Positions 1-11,867 of a stretch of 64,000 nt of DNA are shown here, in pieces. Below the pieces are notes generated by a model. That model did no database searches. It was given only the letters and a program-made list of their open reading frames with translations, and was not told the origin of the DNA. How positions within the stretch are numbered: the first letter of the stretch is position 1; each line of letters begins with the position of its first letter. The position numbers were made by a program, and so were the translations under genes. The DNA is from Fimicolochytrium jonesii (lineage: Eukaryota), in NCBI RefSeq assembly GCF_025526975.1, contig NW_026515669.1:124001-188000 (forward strand), in the 5' to 3' direction.

Positions 1-1
1 C

Positions 2-763
2 GACCCGAAACCCAAACCCCTAATGCTCACAAAAAAAGAAACAAAGAAACTCCGCCGCCAACGCCGCATGGAGCTGCAAAAAGAGAAACGCGAGAAGATC
101 CGGTTGGGACTGCTGCCACCGGAACAATCCAAAGTCAAAATCTCCAATTTCATGCGCGTCCTCGGCACCGAAGCCGTGCAAGACCCGACGCAAATCGAAG
201 CCACCGTCCGCGCGCAAATGGCCGCGCGCAAGCAAAAAGACCGGGACCTCGTCGCCGCCAACAAACTCACCGACGCCCAACGCAAGGACAAGAAACGCCG
301 TAAACTGGATGAGAGCGAGGTGACCGATACGCTTCTCCACGTCGCGGTGTTTCGGATCAACGATCTGAGCCACCCGCAACATAAATTCAAGGTGGATATG
401 AACGCGCAGCAGCATAACCTCACCGGATGCGCGATCCTCCATGCGGGGTCCAACCTGGTGGTTGTCGAGGGCGGGCCGAAGGGTATCAAAGCGTACAAGA
501 AACTCATGCTGAAACGAATCGATTGGGTGAACACCGCCCCACCCGCTGGAGAGTCCTCATCGGCACCGCAAGAAGACGATACGCAAGATAAACCGCCGAA
601 TGAGTGTATTCTGGTGTGGGAGGGGCAGGTGAAGGAACGGAATTTCAAGGGGTTTAGGTTTAGGCCGTTGCCGACGGAGAGGGGGGTGAGGGAGTATTTG
701 GAGAAGTGCAGGTGTGTGCATTATTGGGATGCGGCGCGGAATTGGGTTAAGGAGGGGTTTTAG
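2..763 (+). CDS. PRP3: U4/U6 snRNP splicing factor Prp3, C-terminal part (5' end lies outside the window)
   Basis: Open frame from base 2. Motifs LTKKETKKLRRQRR, KVKISNFMRVLG, HKFKVDMNAQQ, VVVEGGPKGIKAYKKLMLKRIDW and NECILVWEG are typical of Prp3 and its C-terminal domain. Confidence 0.93.
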   Translation, partial: DPKPKPLMLTKKETKKLRRQRRMELQKEKREKIRLGLLPPEQSKVKISNFMRVLGTEAVQDPTQIEATVRAQMAARKQKDRDLVAANKLTDAQRKDKKRRKLDESEVTDTLLHVAVFRINDLSHPQHKFKVDMNAQQHNLTGCAILHAGSNLVVVEGGPKGIKAYKKLMLKRIDWVNTAPPAGESSSAPQEDDTQDKPPNECILVWEGQVKERNFKGFRFRPLPTERGVREYLEKCRCVHYWDAARNWVKEGF

Positions 764-1028
764 CAAGGGGGGCGTGGGGAGAGTTGGGGCAATTGTGATG
801 TGGAATGTGGATGGGGGACGGGAGATGAATGTGGTATACCCCTTCTCGATGCTCCCAAGCGCTCGCTTCAAACCCTGGTCTTCCATTCATGAAGTTCACA
901 AACCAAAGAAATGTAAACACCCACACAGCTATCTACGTCTACCCAAACGAACACCTACATATATGCGCTTTGATACGAGCGCATGGATTTCATCCGCCCA
1001 TATTCTCCCAATTCACAATCTCTCCATC

Positions 1029-2822
1029 TTACCGCCCCCACCACCCGGGCGCAACAGCCCTAACGCCCACCTCCATTCCCTTCACAGCCAACACCGCCTC
1101 CATGTCTTTCACAGCACCACCGCCATCATTACCCTGGATGTGGTGTTTCCCGCCAGCGACATATTCCAACCGCACGAGCGCAAGCCCGATGTTGGCGACG
1201 TGCGAGCCTGTGCGGCCGATGGGTTTCGGAGTCGTGGTTGCGGCAGTTGGGCGGCGGCGGCGTGTGGGTTGTTGTTGTTGTTGTTGATCCGATTCTGACT
1301 GTTCTGACTGTTCTGATGGTGTGGTCGATTGTGATGGAGGCAAAACCACAATCTCCGTCTGCGGCGGGACTCCCTCGCTATCCTCCGTTTCCGACCCGAC
1401 ATCCACAGCCAGTCCACTGTCGTCATCCTCGATGTTGGGAGACGCGGCGGCACCGGCGGTGAGATACTGCACAGGCACGATCCGTTTCCGCACCACGCCG
1501 GTGTGGTACGTCCTGATCGTGAGTTCTTGGCCGAGGTAGCAGCCTTTGCGGAAGTCCACTGAAACAAAAACAAACGTGAGTTTGCCACGATTCAACGCGT
1601 GATGTATGATGGAGACGGAAGCGGTAACGTTGCTTACCCCCCGACATGAGATCGAGGTTCGATTCGAGCGGTAGTGCGACGCCGGTGGGGAAGTCGTCGG
1701 CGCCTTCGGGGATCCCGAGGAGGATGCGGCGGCGGAGGTAGGTCGTGTACGGAACCTTAGTGAAATGCTGTGGGAGGGGCGCTATTGCGAAAAAGAACGT
1801 CCATTAGGTTTTCAGTAACACATACGGTAACGAAGAGGGGCACGTACGTTTCCCCCCCGTCTCAAGCACAACCCTCAACCCCATCTCCCGATGCCTTGGA
1901 TCCCTGCACCCAATATCACACAACCGTTCCCTCCCCACCAGCGCACCCAACGGCAAGGCAACACCCCCAACAACCTCATCCCGCACGACATTCACGCCCC
2001 ACATCGCGGCCGTCGCCGGGCCCCAGATCTGCCACGCCGTGTAGGTCGCTGAGACGTCGGTGATGGAGATCTTGGCACGCAGTTTGTGCCGTTTGAGGTG
2101 GAGGAGGAGGGCGGGGGTGTGGCGGGCGTCGTGCTCGATGAGGAAGGTGGGGTGGGGAAAGGTTGGGCCGGTGTTGTGGGGGTAGATGAAGGCGTCGTAG
2201 AGGACTCGGCCCTGGAAATGAAACAGCGGCATTGATAAGCTTTCCTGACTGCGATGCAGGGGTCCTACATGCATCTCTTTCATCACCCCTTACCTGAGCC
2301 GTAAGAAACGCACAAAATACCCCATCGCCACCCCGCTCAATCAACCCCATCTGGTTCGTCGTCAGCCCTTGCAGGAATTTGACCGCGTCGGGGCCGTCAA
2401 CAGCTACGAAGCCGCGGTTGGGGAGCGGGGTGAAGGAGTCAGTGGCGGAGGTTGTGGCGAGGTAGGTGGCGGCGGGAACGAGGGTGCTGTTGCTGGATTG
2501 AAAGTGATGTGATGGGGGCGTTGGTGTTGTGGGTGATGGAGTGTGCAGGGAGCGGGGTGTTGCGCTGAACGCGCGGAGTTGACATTTTCGGGCGGGATGG
2601 AGTGATGCGATGCGGAAGGAGTGAGCGCATGGCGGCGGGCGTCTGCGGAGCCCTGCAAACGAATAGGGAAAGGGAGTGGGTCGTATATATGTGGTATTCC
2701 AATAGTCTTTTTTCTCCGACAGAAGGATTTGCCACCTCGCGGGTTACAATTAAGCGCATCATACGAAACTTTGAAAACATACCAGCCAGAAGACGGAGTG
2801 GTTGTGCAGGACGGCTCGCCAT
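1029..2822 (-). CDS. IBA57: Mitochondrial Fe-S assembly factor Iba57/Caf17 (YgfZ family), multi-exon
   Basis: Splicing exon 1 ([14 protein letters not shown], donor gtatgt ~2782) gives an Arg-rich presequence ([11 protein letters not shown]). Downstream motifs: [32 protein letters not shown], and the signature [13 protein letters not shown]. Confidence 0.9.
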
Positions 2823-4252
2823 TGGAATAGCGACGGGTAGAGTGCTGTGTTATGCGTAGGTGAGTGTCTGTATGGGTATCTTACGGCTTTTTTTTATGAG
2901 GTTCCATGTCTGCCGGAAGTGCGAGAACTACAGGGAACACCCGCCTGCTTCGTATCCGCTGCGAACGCGTTACTTATCATGTCTCGCTGTCAAGTTGAGA
3001 TCCCGTCATTTTCGAGCTCACCACAGTACTCCTCAATCGCACGGCGCAACCATGTCCTAAGCACGGCCCAATGTTTATTGAAGAAATGGGGACAAATGCT
3101 AGAATATCACAGGTCCTGATGCTCCATGCGCACTGCCAAGAGTTCGTCATTGCGCAAGAGCGTTGTGGCGAGAAAGCCGCCAGCAACCTCCGCTCTTGGC
3201 GGGAGCGCACCCCTCCACCGCCCATCGCACCTCCACCACTATAAGGTCCTTCCCCCACCGCAACGTAAAGTTCCCATCGGATGTGTGGAGAGAAGTGTCC
3301 CCTACACTCCAGAGTGGAATTATGATGTCGGCCTCTAACGCCAGCACATGGATCTGCTCGCGGTCTAGTCCATCAGGATCATCGGATCATCGAGCGCCGC
3401 TACTCCTCCCTCAACCCAATCTTGCACCCATTCTGGTGGGTCATTCTCGAGTGCGTTGGTGGGCTCCCAAAGCGATCTACTGGAGCAGAAAATAACCGAG
3501 TTAACGCACCTACAGGTGCAGCATGGACGATGTAAGATCCGAACAGACTCGAAACTACAAGCTACAAGCATGCCGAACGCCAAGTGGACCGCCAGTGGGA
3601 TAACTACTACGACGATCTTGCAATATATGAAGAAGAATATGATCAGTATTGCCGGGCGTCTAATTGAGCGCGAAGAGAAGGCAGGAGGCCCACCCGCGCA
3701 GCGGCCAACGAAGCCGACACCCCCCGCACGGTACTCACCTGGCGGCGTCAAGCATATCAGTAATCTCCGACACATGTTCAACTCCCCGGCGGCCGACCCC
3801 GAGCTACACGACGCACTTGAACGGAATTTCACGGCGCACGGTCGACACCCACGACCTGTAAAGCATCGTTAGCCTCCGAGGACCCACGTCTCAGCGAAGA
3901 GTTTACGCACGATTATCCCCACGGCGAGCTTTCGTTCAAACGTGCAGCGTATTGGCATCACAATGGCCGCTGCTAGATACAACGTCCCTCATAGCATTTA
4001 CCAACCGCAAAGCAGCCGTTCTGTCGGTACTGGTGATGAGAGGGGAATTACTGCATCGAAGACGGAGCACTTGGAGCCGCAACGCAAAAGAGCGCGATCG
4101 TCGTAAGAGAAGCGGTCACTTTGTCATACATCATCGTGAGTGAGGGAACAGGAGATACATACACGGAAGAACTAGGTGACACATACCGTCCCTCCAACCA
4201 CACCCGCTCAATATGCTCGCGTAGAACGAAGCTGTAAGAGTGAATTAAGACG

Positions 4253-4351
4253 CTAGATGGATAATATCGGAATTTCTTGGCTGAGAGTCCAAAAGTTCCC
4301 CTTTGGGCCTCTTGGACTCTTAGCCAAGAAATTCCGATATAATCTACCTAG
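4253..4351. repeat. Near-perfect inverted repeat (hairpin), 40-bp arms with 19-nt spacer
   Basis: 4264-4292 ATATCGGAATTTCTTGGCTGAGAGTCCAA matches the reverse complement of 4312-4340 at 28/29. The arms extend imperfectly to a CTAG at each end. Confidence 0.9.
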
Positions 4352-5362
4352 TGAACTGGGTGCCAAAAGGGAGATGTTGCGAGGGTTGAAGGTGGAGATG
4401 GAGGGTGGGAATTTACAGAGAGCACAAGGGATCGGTAGGGAATGCCGATGGATAGGGGGGAGGAGGTCAGACAACGGGTGGGGCTTATGAAGGCGAGTAG
4501 GAGGTAGACAAGGTACTCTCTGGTTTGTTCTGGGAGTCTGAGAGGGGCGAGGAGAAAGTTCCGCGCTGCAGGCACAATAACCGTGAGCGCGGACAGTCGT
4601 TCCTACTTGAGGGCGACAACGAACGGTCGTTTTCAATACATGTCGCCTGACATCCTTGTTGCGAGTGGAGCGAGCAGGGCATCCTGCAACCACCATCCGC
4701 TCCAATCATCCAGCCAACCGTCGCATTCAAGCATGTGCAGTTTGAGACATCTTCCGGATGGATGGCGTATTGGGTCTGTGAACAAGGAATATCGGATACT
4801 CTATCGGACGTGTTGACGAGCGAGAACCTGGACTGAGGGCAGGGCCCTATATATATACTTCCCTGAATGGGTTTCCTTTGACCAACACGATCCCGGGGCG
4901 CCAGCTGTATCCGTTTCCATTTCGGCAAATTGGAATTTAAAGGCACCCCAAGAACAATGACAACTCACTACCACGACTGAGAAGTACAGGACCAGAGCAC
5001 CCTCAAAGTGGAAATCGCGAGGGTCGCTGCGAGAGTAGATATCCCGTATAGAGTCCGGGGATTTTTTTTGGGTTTTTCAAGTTCTCTCACCTTTGGGACA
5101 CTAGATATTTGAGTGTATGATCGTTCCCTTTGAACTCATCGAGACCCTTAGTATCTTCCTGTACCCGTCGGCGAGCGAACCCTGGCGGTTGGGTTTGACA
5201 CGATTTTGACAGCATCATGCAGGGGAGGCCGTCCGAAAGCAGATGATGGAGTGCACAGCCACCCACTCGTTCTTCTCATGACAACTTTTGAAGCACTTGG
5301 AGCACTTCCAACATCCGTTCACTTCAACCAGAACTGAAAGTGAGTGAGAGAGAAGCAAAGCA

Positions 5363-8230
5363 ATGGAAAAACCGCTCTTCCCCGACCTCGAGCAGGGTCC
5401 AAACGAGCCCCTCCTCCTACCTCGCCGCCCAACCCTCCCACCAGCCGCCGTCCCAGCCTGCATCAACAGATATCTCCGCGATTACCAACGCGAAGGCGTT
5501 GCCTTCCTCCACTCTCTCTACGTACGCAACTTCGGCGGCATCCTCTGCGACGACATGGGTCTCGGAAAAACAGTGCAGGTCATCGCCTTCCTCGCCGCCG
5601 TCCTCAACAAAAAGGGAACCCCAGACGACCAAACGGCGCGCAAACGTGCTCTCCGCACAGGAAACGAAGACCACCTCACCCAGATCTTGATCGTGTGCCC
5701 AGCCAGCGTCATGTACAACTGGCAGCGCGAGCTGGAGACGTGGGGATACTTTGCCGCGGATATCTTCCATGGCGCCAAGAAGCAGGAAGTCCTCAAACGA
5801 GCACAGAGGGGTGGACTTGAGATTGTTATCACGAGTTTTGATTCGTTTCGGAATGCGATTGATGAGATGGATGCTGTGGAGTGGGATATTGTGGTGGTGG
5901 ACGAGGCGCATAAGTTGAAGGCGGATAAGGCAAAGATTACGAGGGCTATGAAGGGGTTTCAGCCAGGGACTTGTAAACGTTATGCGCTGACGGTGAGGGA
6001 ATGAGAGCGGATAACATTGTATCTCCGTGGAGCGGCATTAACTGTGAGATTTGGTACTTGGCAGGGCACTGCCATTCAGGTACGCGGACAGAGGATTGCA
6101 TGCGGAGGTCGAGAGGGATATGCTGATTCGATGGCAATCATCACAGAACGACTATAGCGAGCTATGGTGCTTGCTTGATTATTGCAATCCAGGTATGGAT
6201 CTGCGTTTCCGCCGCTTTGCTTTAAGCTATATAGGGTCACAGTTCACCCACTGACATGCCCTCCGCTCTCTCCAGGGTCTGTCGGTACGGGCCCAGATTG
6301 GGAAAAAAACATCTCATCAGTGCTGAAACGCGGGCAATCATTCAAAGCAAAAGTGCGAGACCTCGCCAAAATGCGTGAAACGAACGCACGGCTGAAGATC
6401 CTCCTGGAACAATGGATGCTTAGGCGCACAAAAGCCCTAATCGCACATCAGCTGCCACGCAAAGAAGAGTAAGTACTGGATTCAACGATCTCTGTCTCGG
6501 AGAGGTCCAAAGGAGACCATTCCTAGCTCACTGCGTCTTCTTCCGTTCCACTTCACTTCACGTCGACTTCCAGCCAAGTGATCTTCTGTCCTTTGACTGA
6601 CACGCAGCGGATAGTGTATCAACGCCTCCTCGCCAGCCCAGACTTTGAATACTTGGCACGCAAGCACGAACCCTGCCCATGCCTTTCAGGAAAGGCACGC
6701 GGCGACTGTTGCTACACTGAAAGCGCGTCAGGGCTACCATGGCAGAAGATCCTCTTCCCCTGCATGATAGCCCTCCAAAAACTCAGCAACCACCTCGCCC
6801 TCCTCATGCCACACCCGGACGACCCCGACTCCAAACGGGCAAAAGCCCAATCGCTCCTTCAAATCGGCTTCCCGAACGACTGGCAAACCCGGACCCCCGG
6901 CTTCCGCGAATACGCCGACGTCGAGAACTGCGGCAAATGGAAAGTCCTCTCCCAGCTCCTCCCCACCTGGCAACGCGCCGGCGCAAAAGTCCTCCTCTTC
7001 TCCTCCTCCGTCCGCCTCCTCGACATGCTCGAGAAGCTCATGTTCACCGCCGGATACGATTACTCCCGCCTCGATGGCCGCACCCCGCCCAACCAACGGC
7101 TGGACATCGTGGACGAGTTCAACAACGATCCGATGAAGTTTATCTTCTTGATAAGTACGCGCGCGGGCGGCGTCGGGCTGAACCTGACGAGCGCGAACGT
7201 TGTGGTGGTGTTTGACCCGAACTGGAACCCGAGCCACGATCTCCAGGCGCAGGATCGCGCGTTCCGGATCGGACAGCGGCGCGATGTGAAGGTGTACCGG
7301 CTGATTGCGGCGGGGTCGGTGGAGGAGTTGGTCTATGGGCGGCAGATCTACAAACAGCAGCAGGCCAACATCGGATACAATGCGTCCACCGAGCGCCGCT
7401 ATTTCGAGGGCGTCCAGGGCGATAAGGAGAATAAAGGCGAGCTGTTTGGAATCGAAAACATCTTTGCGCTGCATCGCGAGTCCGATATCATCACGAAATT
7501 GATCGTCAAGCGCACCGAGACCGCTGAGATACAGTACCAGGTTGCGGATATGATTGGCGGCGGGGGTGGGGGCGGTGGTGGTGGTGGTGGGGGCGTGAAA
7601 GAGGAGTTGGAGGGAGATGAGTTGCGGGATTTGGGTGATGAGGTAATGTGCGGAGGGGGGGTTCGTTATCGCTGTTAGCGGCCTGTGTGTTAAAGTTGAC
7701 TATGGAACGCCAACCGCGCCCACAAACAACAGGACGACGACGAAGCGCAGCTCGCAGCCCTCGCCACCCTCCACCACCAAGACGAGCACCCACCACGCGA
7801 CCCACCCACATCCATGACCGCCGACTCGGAACGCGCGATCCTCACCCACTGCGGCGTCTCCTACACGCACGTCAACACCGACATCGTCGGGCCCTCCCGC
7901 ATCGAGGCCCGCATCGGCATCCAAGCCCGCGCCGCAGTCGAGAACGGCCTCAACACACAGGCATTCGCGTTCGAGCCCGCCACGTGGGACGACGACGACG
8001 CGCCGGGAGGGTTGCCGTATTTGCCCGTGGTGGGGCAGACCCCCGAAGACGTGCGCGAACAGCAGTTGGGGGAGATGGCGGCTTTCTATGGGTTTGAGAG
8101 TACCGAGAGGTTTTGTAGGAGCTATGTGGAGGCGAGGAAGGAGGTCAGGGAGAGGTGGCTGGAGGGGTACTACGAGATGTGTAGGGGGAGGTTGGGCGGG
8201 GAGAAGGGGAAGGAGAGGGGTGTGAGGTAG
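5363..8230 (+). CDS. SNF2-family ATPase, ERCC6L2/Rad26-like, multi-exon
   Basis: LRDYQREGV, GGILCDDMGLGKTVQV, VVVDEAH, LTGTAIQN (via a 15-nt microexon), FLISTRAGGVGLNLTSAN, WNPSHDLQAQDRAFRIGQ, and a C-terminal GVSYTHVNTDIVGPS (VIGSSK-like segment of the ERCC6L2 group). Confidence 0.88.
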
Positions 8231-8633
8231 AGGTAGGAAAGTGTAGGTAGAGTTGGGATGGAGCGGCGGGGGATGTGTGGTATGTTTGTAGATAGGGTGT
8301 AGTTAGCATAGGGTCCTTTTATGGATCTTGGTGTATATACTTGCTGTGTGAACGAGGGCATAAACGATGAGGAATCATGTGCAAATCGTGGTTGTATAAA
8401 ATGTACAAGTGATAATGCCCCAACACAACGCTGGCAACGAACAGAGAGTGCTTCCGTGGGAGCGAAAGGCGGCAGTCTCGCATGATCGATGCGACACTTT
8501 TCCGTTACCGTAGCAGTTGCCGAAATCCCCTCCACGTCGTCACCCGGCCCCTTCAGTATTCCACCTTCCCCTTCCCCTCCCCCTTCCCCTTCCCTTCCCT
8601 TCCCCCCCTCACCTCTCTCCGTCTCCCCCCACC

Positions 8634-9386
8634 CTATATCCGATGATCCTCCACCGTCATCTGCTTCGCGACATCGGTCGCATCGACCATCTTCAAAAAC
8701 TCTGCGAAATCCACCTTCCCATCCCCGTTCGTATCGGCCTCCATGATCGTCTTATCTACAATCTGCTGCAGCTGCTGGTCGCGCAGGTTGTTGCCGACCA
8801 TCATTTTGAGGACGAGGAAGAGCTCGCCGTTCGAGATGAAGCCGTCCCGGTCCATGTCGTAGATCTTGAAGGCGACTAGCGGGTGTGAGAAGGTGGGGTG
8901 AGATGGATGTGATGGAAAGAGAGGGTTCGTTCCCCCCTAGGCCAGGGCCGGGCCATAGGGACTTTTTTTCACTCCACGACCCTCCGTATACCCGCATCCC
9001 AGTTCCGTTCTTTTCAAAGTCCAAGACACCTACACTTCAACTTCTCCTCGCGATTCCCCTTGGTCGAGAACGCGCTCAGGCCCAAGATAAACTCCTTGAA
9101 GTTCACGTCCCCATTCCCGTCCCTATCGAACACGGCCAGCAGCCGTTGGGCCAGCGGGTTGGCGGCGACCTGCGGCAGGGCGAGGAACTCTTCCTTGGTG
9201 AGTGTGCCCGAGCCGTTCTTGTCGAGCTTGGCGAAGCGTTTGTAGAGGCGTTGGATTTCTTCGGCGGTGACTGCGGGATGGGGGAGGTGGTTAGGTTGGA
9301 CGAGGAGTGGGGGAAATGGGGTGGGGAGGGGGCTTACAGTGGGTGTTTGCGACCATGTCCTCGAGATTTGAGGCGGCGTTTCCCAT
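8634..9386 (-). CDS. CNB1: Calcineurin regulatory subunit B
   Basis: N-terminal MGNAAS (myristoylation-type), [56 protein letters not shown]; two GT-AG introns. Confidence 0.95.
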
Positions 9387-9685
9387 GGCTGTTTGCTGTT
9401 GCGCGGGAAGTTTGGATCGGGGAGGGGGAGGGGGGATGAGCACTCGCGTCGGTGTGGGGGAGGCGGGAGGTTGGGTGACGCTTAGAGGAGCCTGTGGGTA
9501 GTGCGGTAGAACCCTTTGTGACTTGTGTTTCTGGGCAGGATGTCTGTCGCCGTCTTCGGGTTAATGGCTTTGGGGCTTGTTGGGGAAGAGCAGGAAGGAG
9601 GTGACGACACGCTTCTCTCTTTCTCGCCCAACCCGCCCGACATCAGGCCTTGCGCTCACTCCCCCAGCAACTCACACCGCCCACC

Positions 9686-10590
9686 ATGCACCTCTACGAC
9701 TCGACCATCCCCTCCGGCAACGCCTACAAAGTCCAGCTCCTGCTCTCCCACCTCCGCACGCCGTACACCACAACCTCCCTCAACATCCTCTCCACTCCGC
9801 CGGAGACCCGTTCGAGCCAGTTTCTAGCTTTGAACCCGAACGGGAGGATCCCTGTTTTGGTTTTGGATGACGGCACGCCGCTGGCCGAGTCGAACGCTAT
9901 CTTGTTTTATTTGGCGGAGGGTACGGCATACCTGCCCGACGATAGGATCGCAAGGGCTCAGGTGAGGAAGCGAGGCGTATGGGATGCTTGAGGCAGGCGA
10001 GGCCTGGGGGAAAACGCAGCAGCGGAGCGAGTCCCGCCAACTCCAATTCTAACGAGCGAAGCGAGCAGTAAAATGTGAGCGAAAGCGAACGGCAACGTCG
10101 CCCCGTCAACATTGTTTTGAGGAACGGGGCCGATTGGGTTCACCTATCCAACCGACCCAACCTTCGCTTCGCTCATCCGGCCGGCCTCATCCCCGCACTT
10201 CTAATTTATCGCCATCATCTCATGCGAGCACAGGTCCTCCAATGGCTCTTCTTCGAGCAATACTCGCACGAACCCTACATCGCCGTCTGGAAATATCGCA
10301 CATACTGGCACCCCACCGGCTTCTCCGACCTCACCTCGCCACAAATCACCACATTGAAAGAACGTGGCCAAGCCGCGCTGGAAGTCATGGAGCGTCATCT
10401 CGCGGGACGGGATTGGTTCGTCGGTACGGCGTATAGCATTGCAGATATTGCGCTTTATGCTTACACGAGCGCTGCGGAAGCGGTTGAGTTTAGTGTGGGT
10501 GCGAATGTTGCGGCGTGGTTGAGGAGGGTGGAGGGTACGGAGGGGTGGGTGAGGATCAAGAAGGACGAGACGGGGAAGAACCCGAATTGA
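9686..10590 (+). CDS. Glutathione S-transferase; intron 9962-10233
   Basis: SGNAYKVQLLL, LNPNGRIPVL, LAESNAILFYLAEG; after the intron, VLQWLFFEQYSHEPYIAV and YSIADIALYAY. Confidence 0.9.
9962..10233 (+). repeat. GST intron carrying GCGAAGC-type intronic repeat units
   Basis: GCGGAGCGAG (~10022), CGAGCGAAGCGAGCAG (10053-10068), GAGCGAAAGCGA (10077-10088), an inverted copy TTCGCTTCGCTC (~10163), and GGATGCTTGAGG, which is also present in the enoyl-CoA hydratase intron. Confidence 0.65.
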
Positions 10591-11867
10591 CGGCCATCGG
10601 AGAACAATTCTGTTTCGTCGTTAGAATGAATGCCATGCAAGATTCATGGATCGAAGCACGGATCAACGGAGATCCCTGTCCTACCTGTATTGTCCAGGAC
10701 GCCCAAGAAGCACCGCAAAGTGGCCGGCGCAGGGCGATATGAGCTCTAGTGCTGTCAAGGATCCCGTGAACGTTCCGGCGTTTGTGGGTACTTTCCTTCC
10801 AGACCCTTTCCTTCTCCGGCGCGGAAAGGCGAACAACAGATATCACACAAAGCATGCAGCAACAGACGAGCAAAACATTTTATTTTGTCATTAGATACAA
10901 GAAATTTACGAAAAAGGAAGGAGTAATGCAACTATCGATCTACGCTCCGGGAGCCTGAGATTGAACTTTATTCATGGCGTGAAAGTTGGAATCCATTTCG
11001 GGCGAGTACCGTATCAAAAACGATCCAGTCCACACAACTTTTACGAGCCCCACGAAGTCTGCTTTTTGGTCGAAACCCTTCAACTTGGTCAAGAAAAGAA
11101 AGGCAATAGCCTGAAGGATTGCGAGAATTACCCATCACACCCTGAACCCACGCCTGATTCAGGACGACGTTCTGATGTGCGCTACCGAGTTCGAACCGGG
11201 AGCCAATCCTCTTTCCATACGGGGTTTGACCGTCGCACAGTATGCCAAGTAAAGCAGGAAGTCTGCTACTGACAGAACAAGAACAGCCCCTCTCACTCCG
11301 AAGGAAGCGGGGAGGGAGAGCACATCCATGATGGGTTGGGTGCCCATGTTGTTTGACGCGACATTGGCGCGTACATACGTTATCGAGCGTGCTACGCGAG
11401 CGAGCGTCCGAAACTGGCAGGGCGGGGTGTCCGAATCCACCCGGCGCGCGCGCTGATTGGCAGCCTAAAACGCCATGAGCGGGAGCCGACTGCGCATCGC
11501 GTGCTCGTTGCCATCTCCCTGTGCGCAACTGCTTCTGAGGACCAGTAGGAGATAACAAGCGGGTAAGAAGCAGTGAAGAAGCCGTTAGCAGACTCCCTCA
11601 TGTCTTGTCTCATTGTCCACCCCCCAAACAAACGCCTTTCCCCCAACCCCGGCCGGAACAACAACCGTCGGGCCCATTGACCCAAACGGGCCCTCAACCC
11701 CCGCCAACAACTCGCACTCCCGTATGCATATACATACATATATATCTACCTCCCTACCAGCCCATACAGGGCATCACATATATATATACGGGACGACAGA
11801 GCTGCGTCTGCTCTCCGCCGCAACCAACCCTCCAACTCTCAACTCCGCTCAACCCCGCCTGCCCGCC

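Noticed and set aside
2728..2736. Rpn4/PACE-like GGTGGCAAA on the minus strand
   Set aside because: Lies in IBA57 intron 1, far from the proteasome genes; single occurrence.
2350..2745. Non-AUG start for IBA57 (long ATG-less frame)
   Set aside because: Explained by an upstream exon starting at ATG 2822 with a canonical GT-AG intron that restores the frame.
2900..4200. ORFs such as 3456-3872 (+) as a transposon remnant or gene
   Set aside because: No recognisable domain, catalytic motif or convincing splice model; left unannotated.
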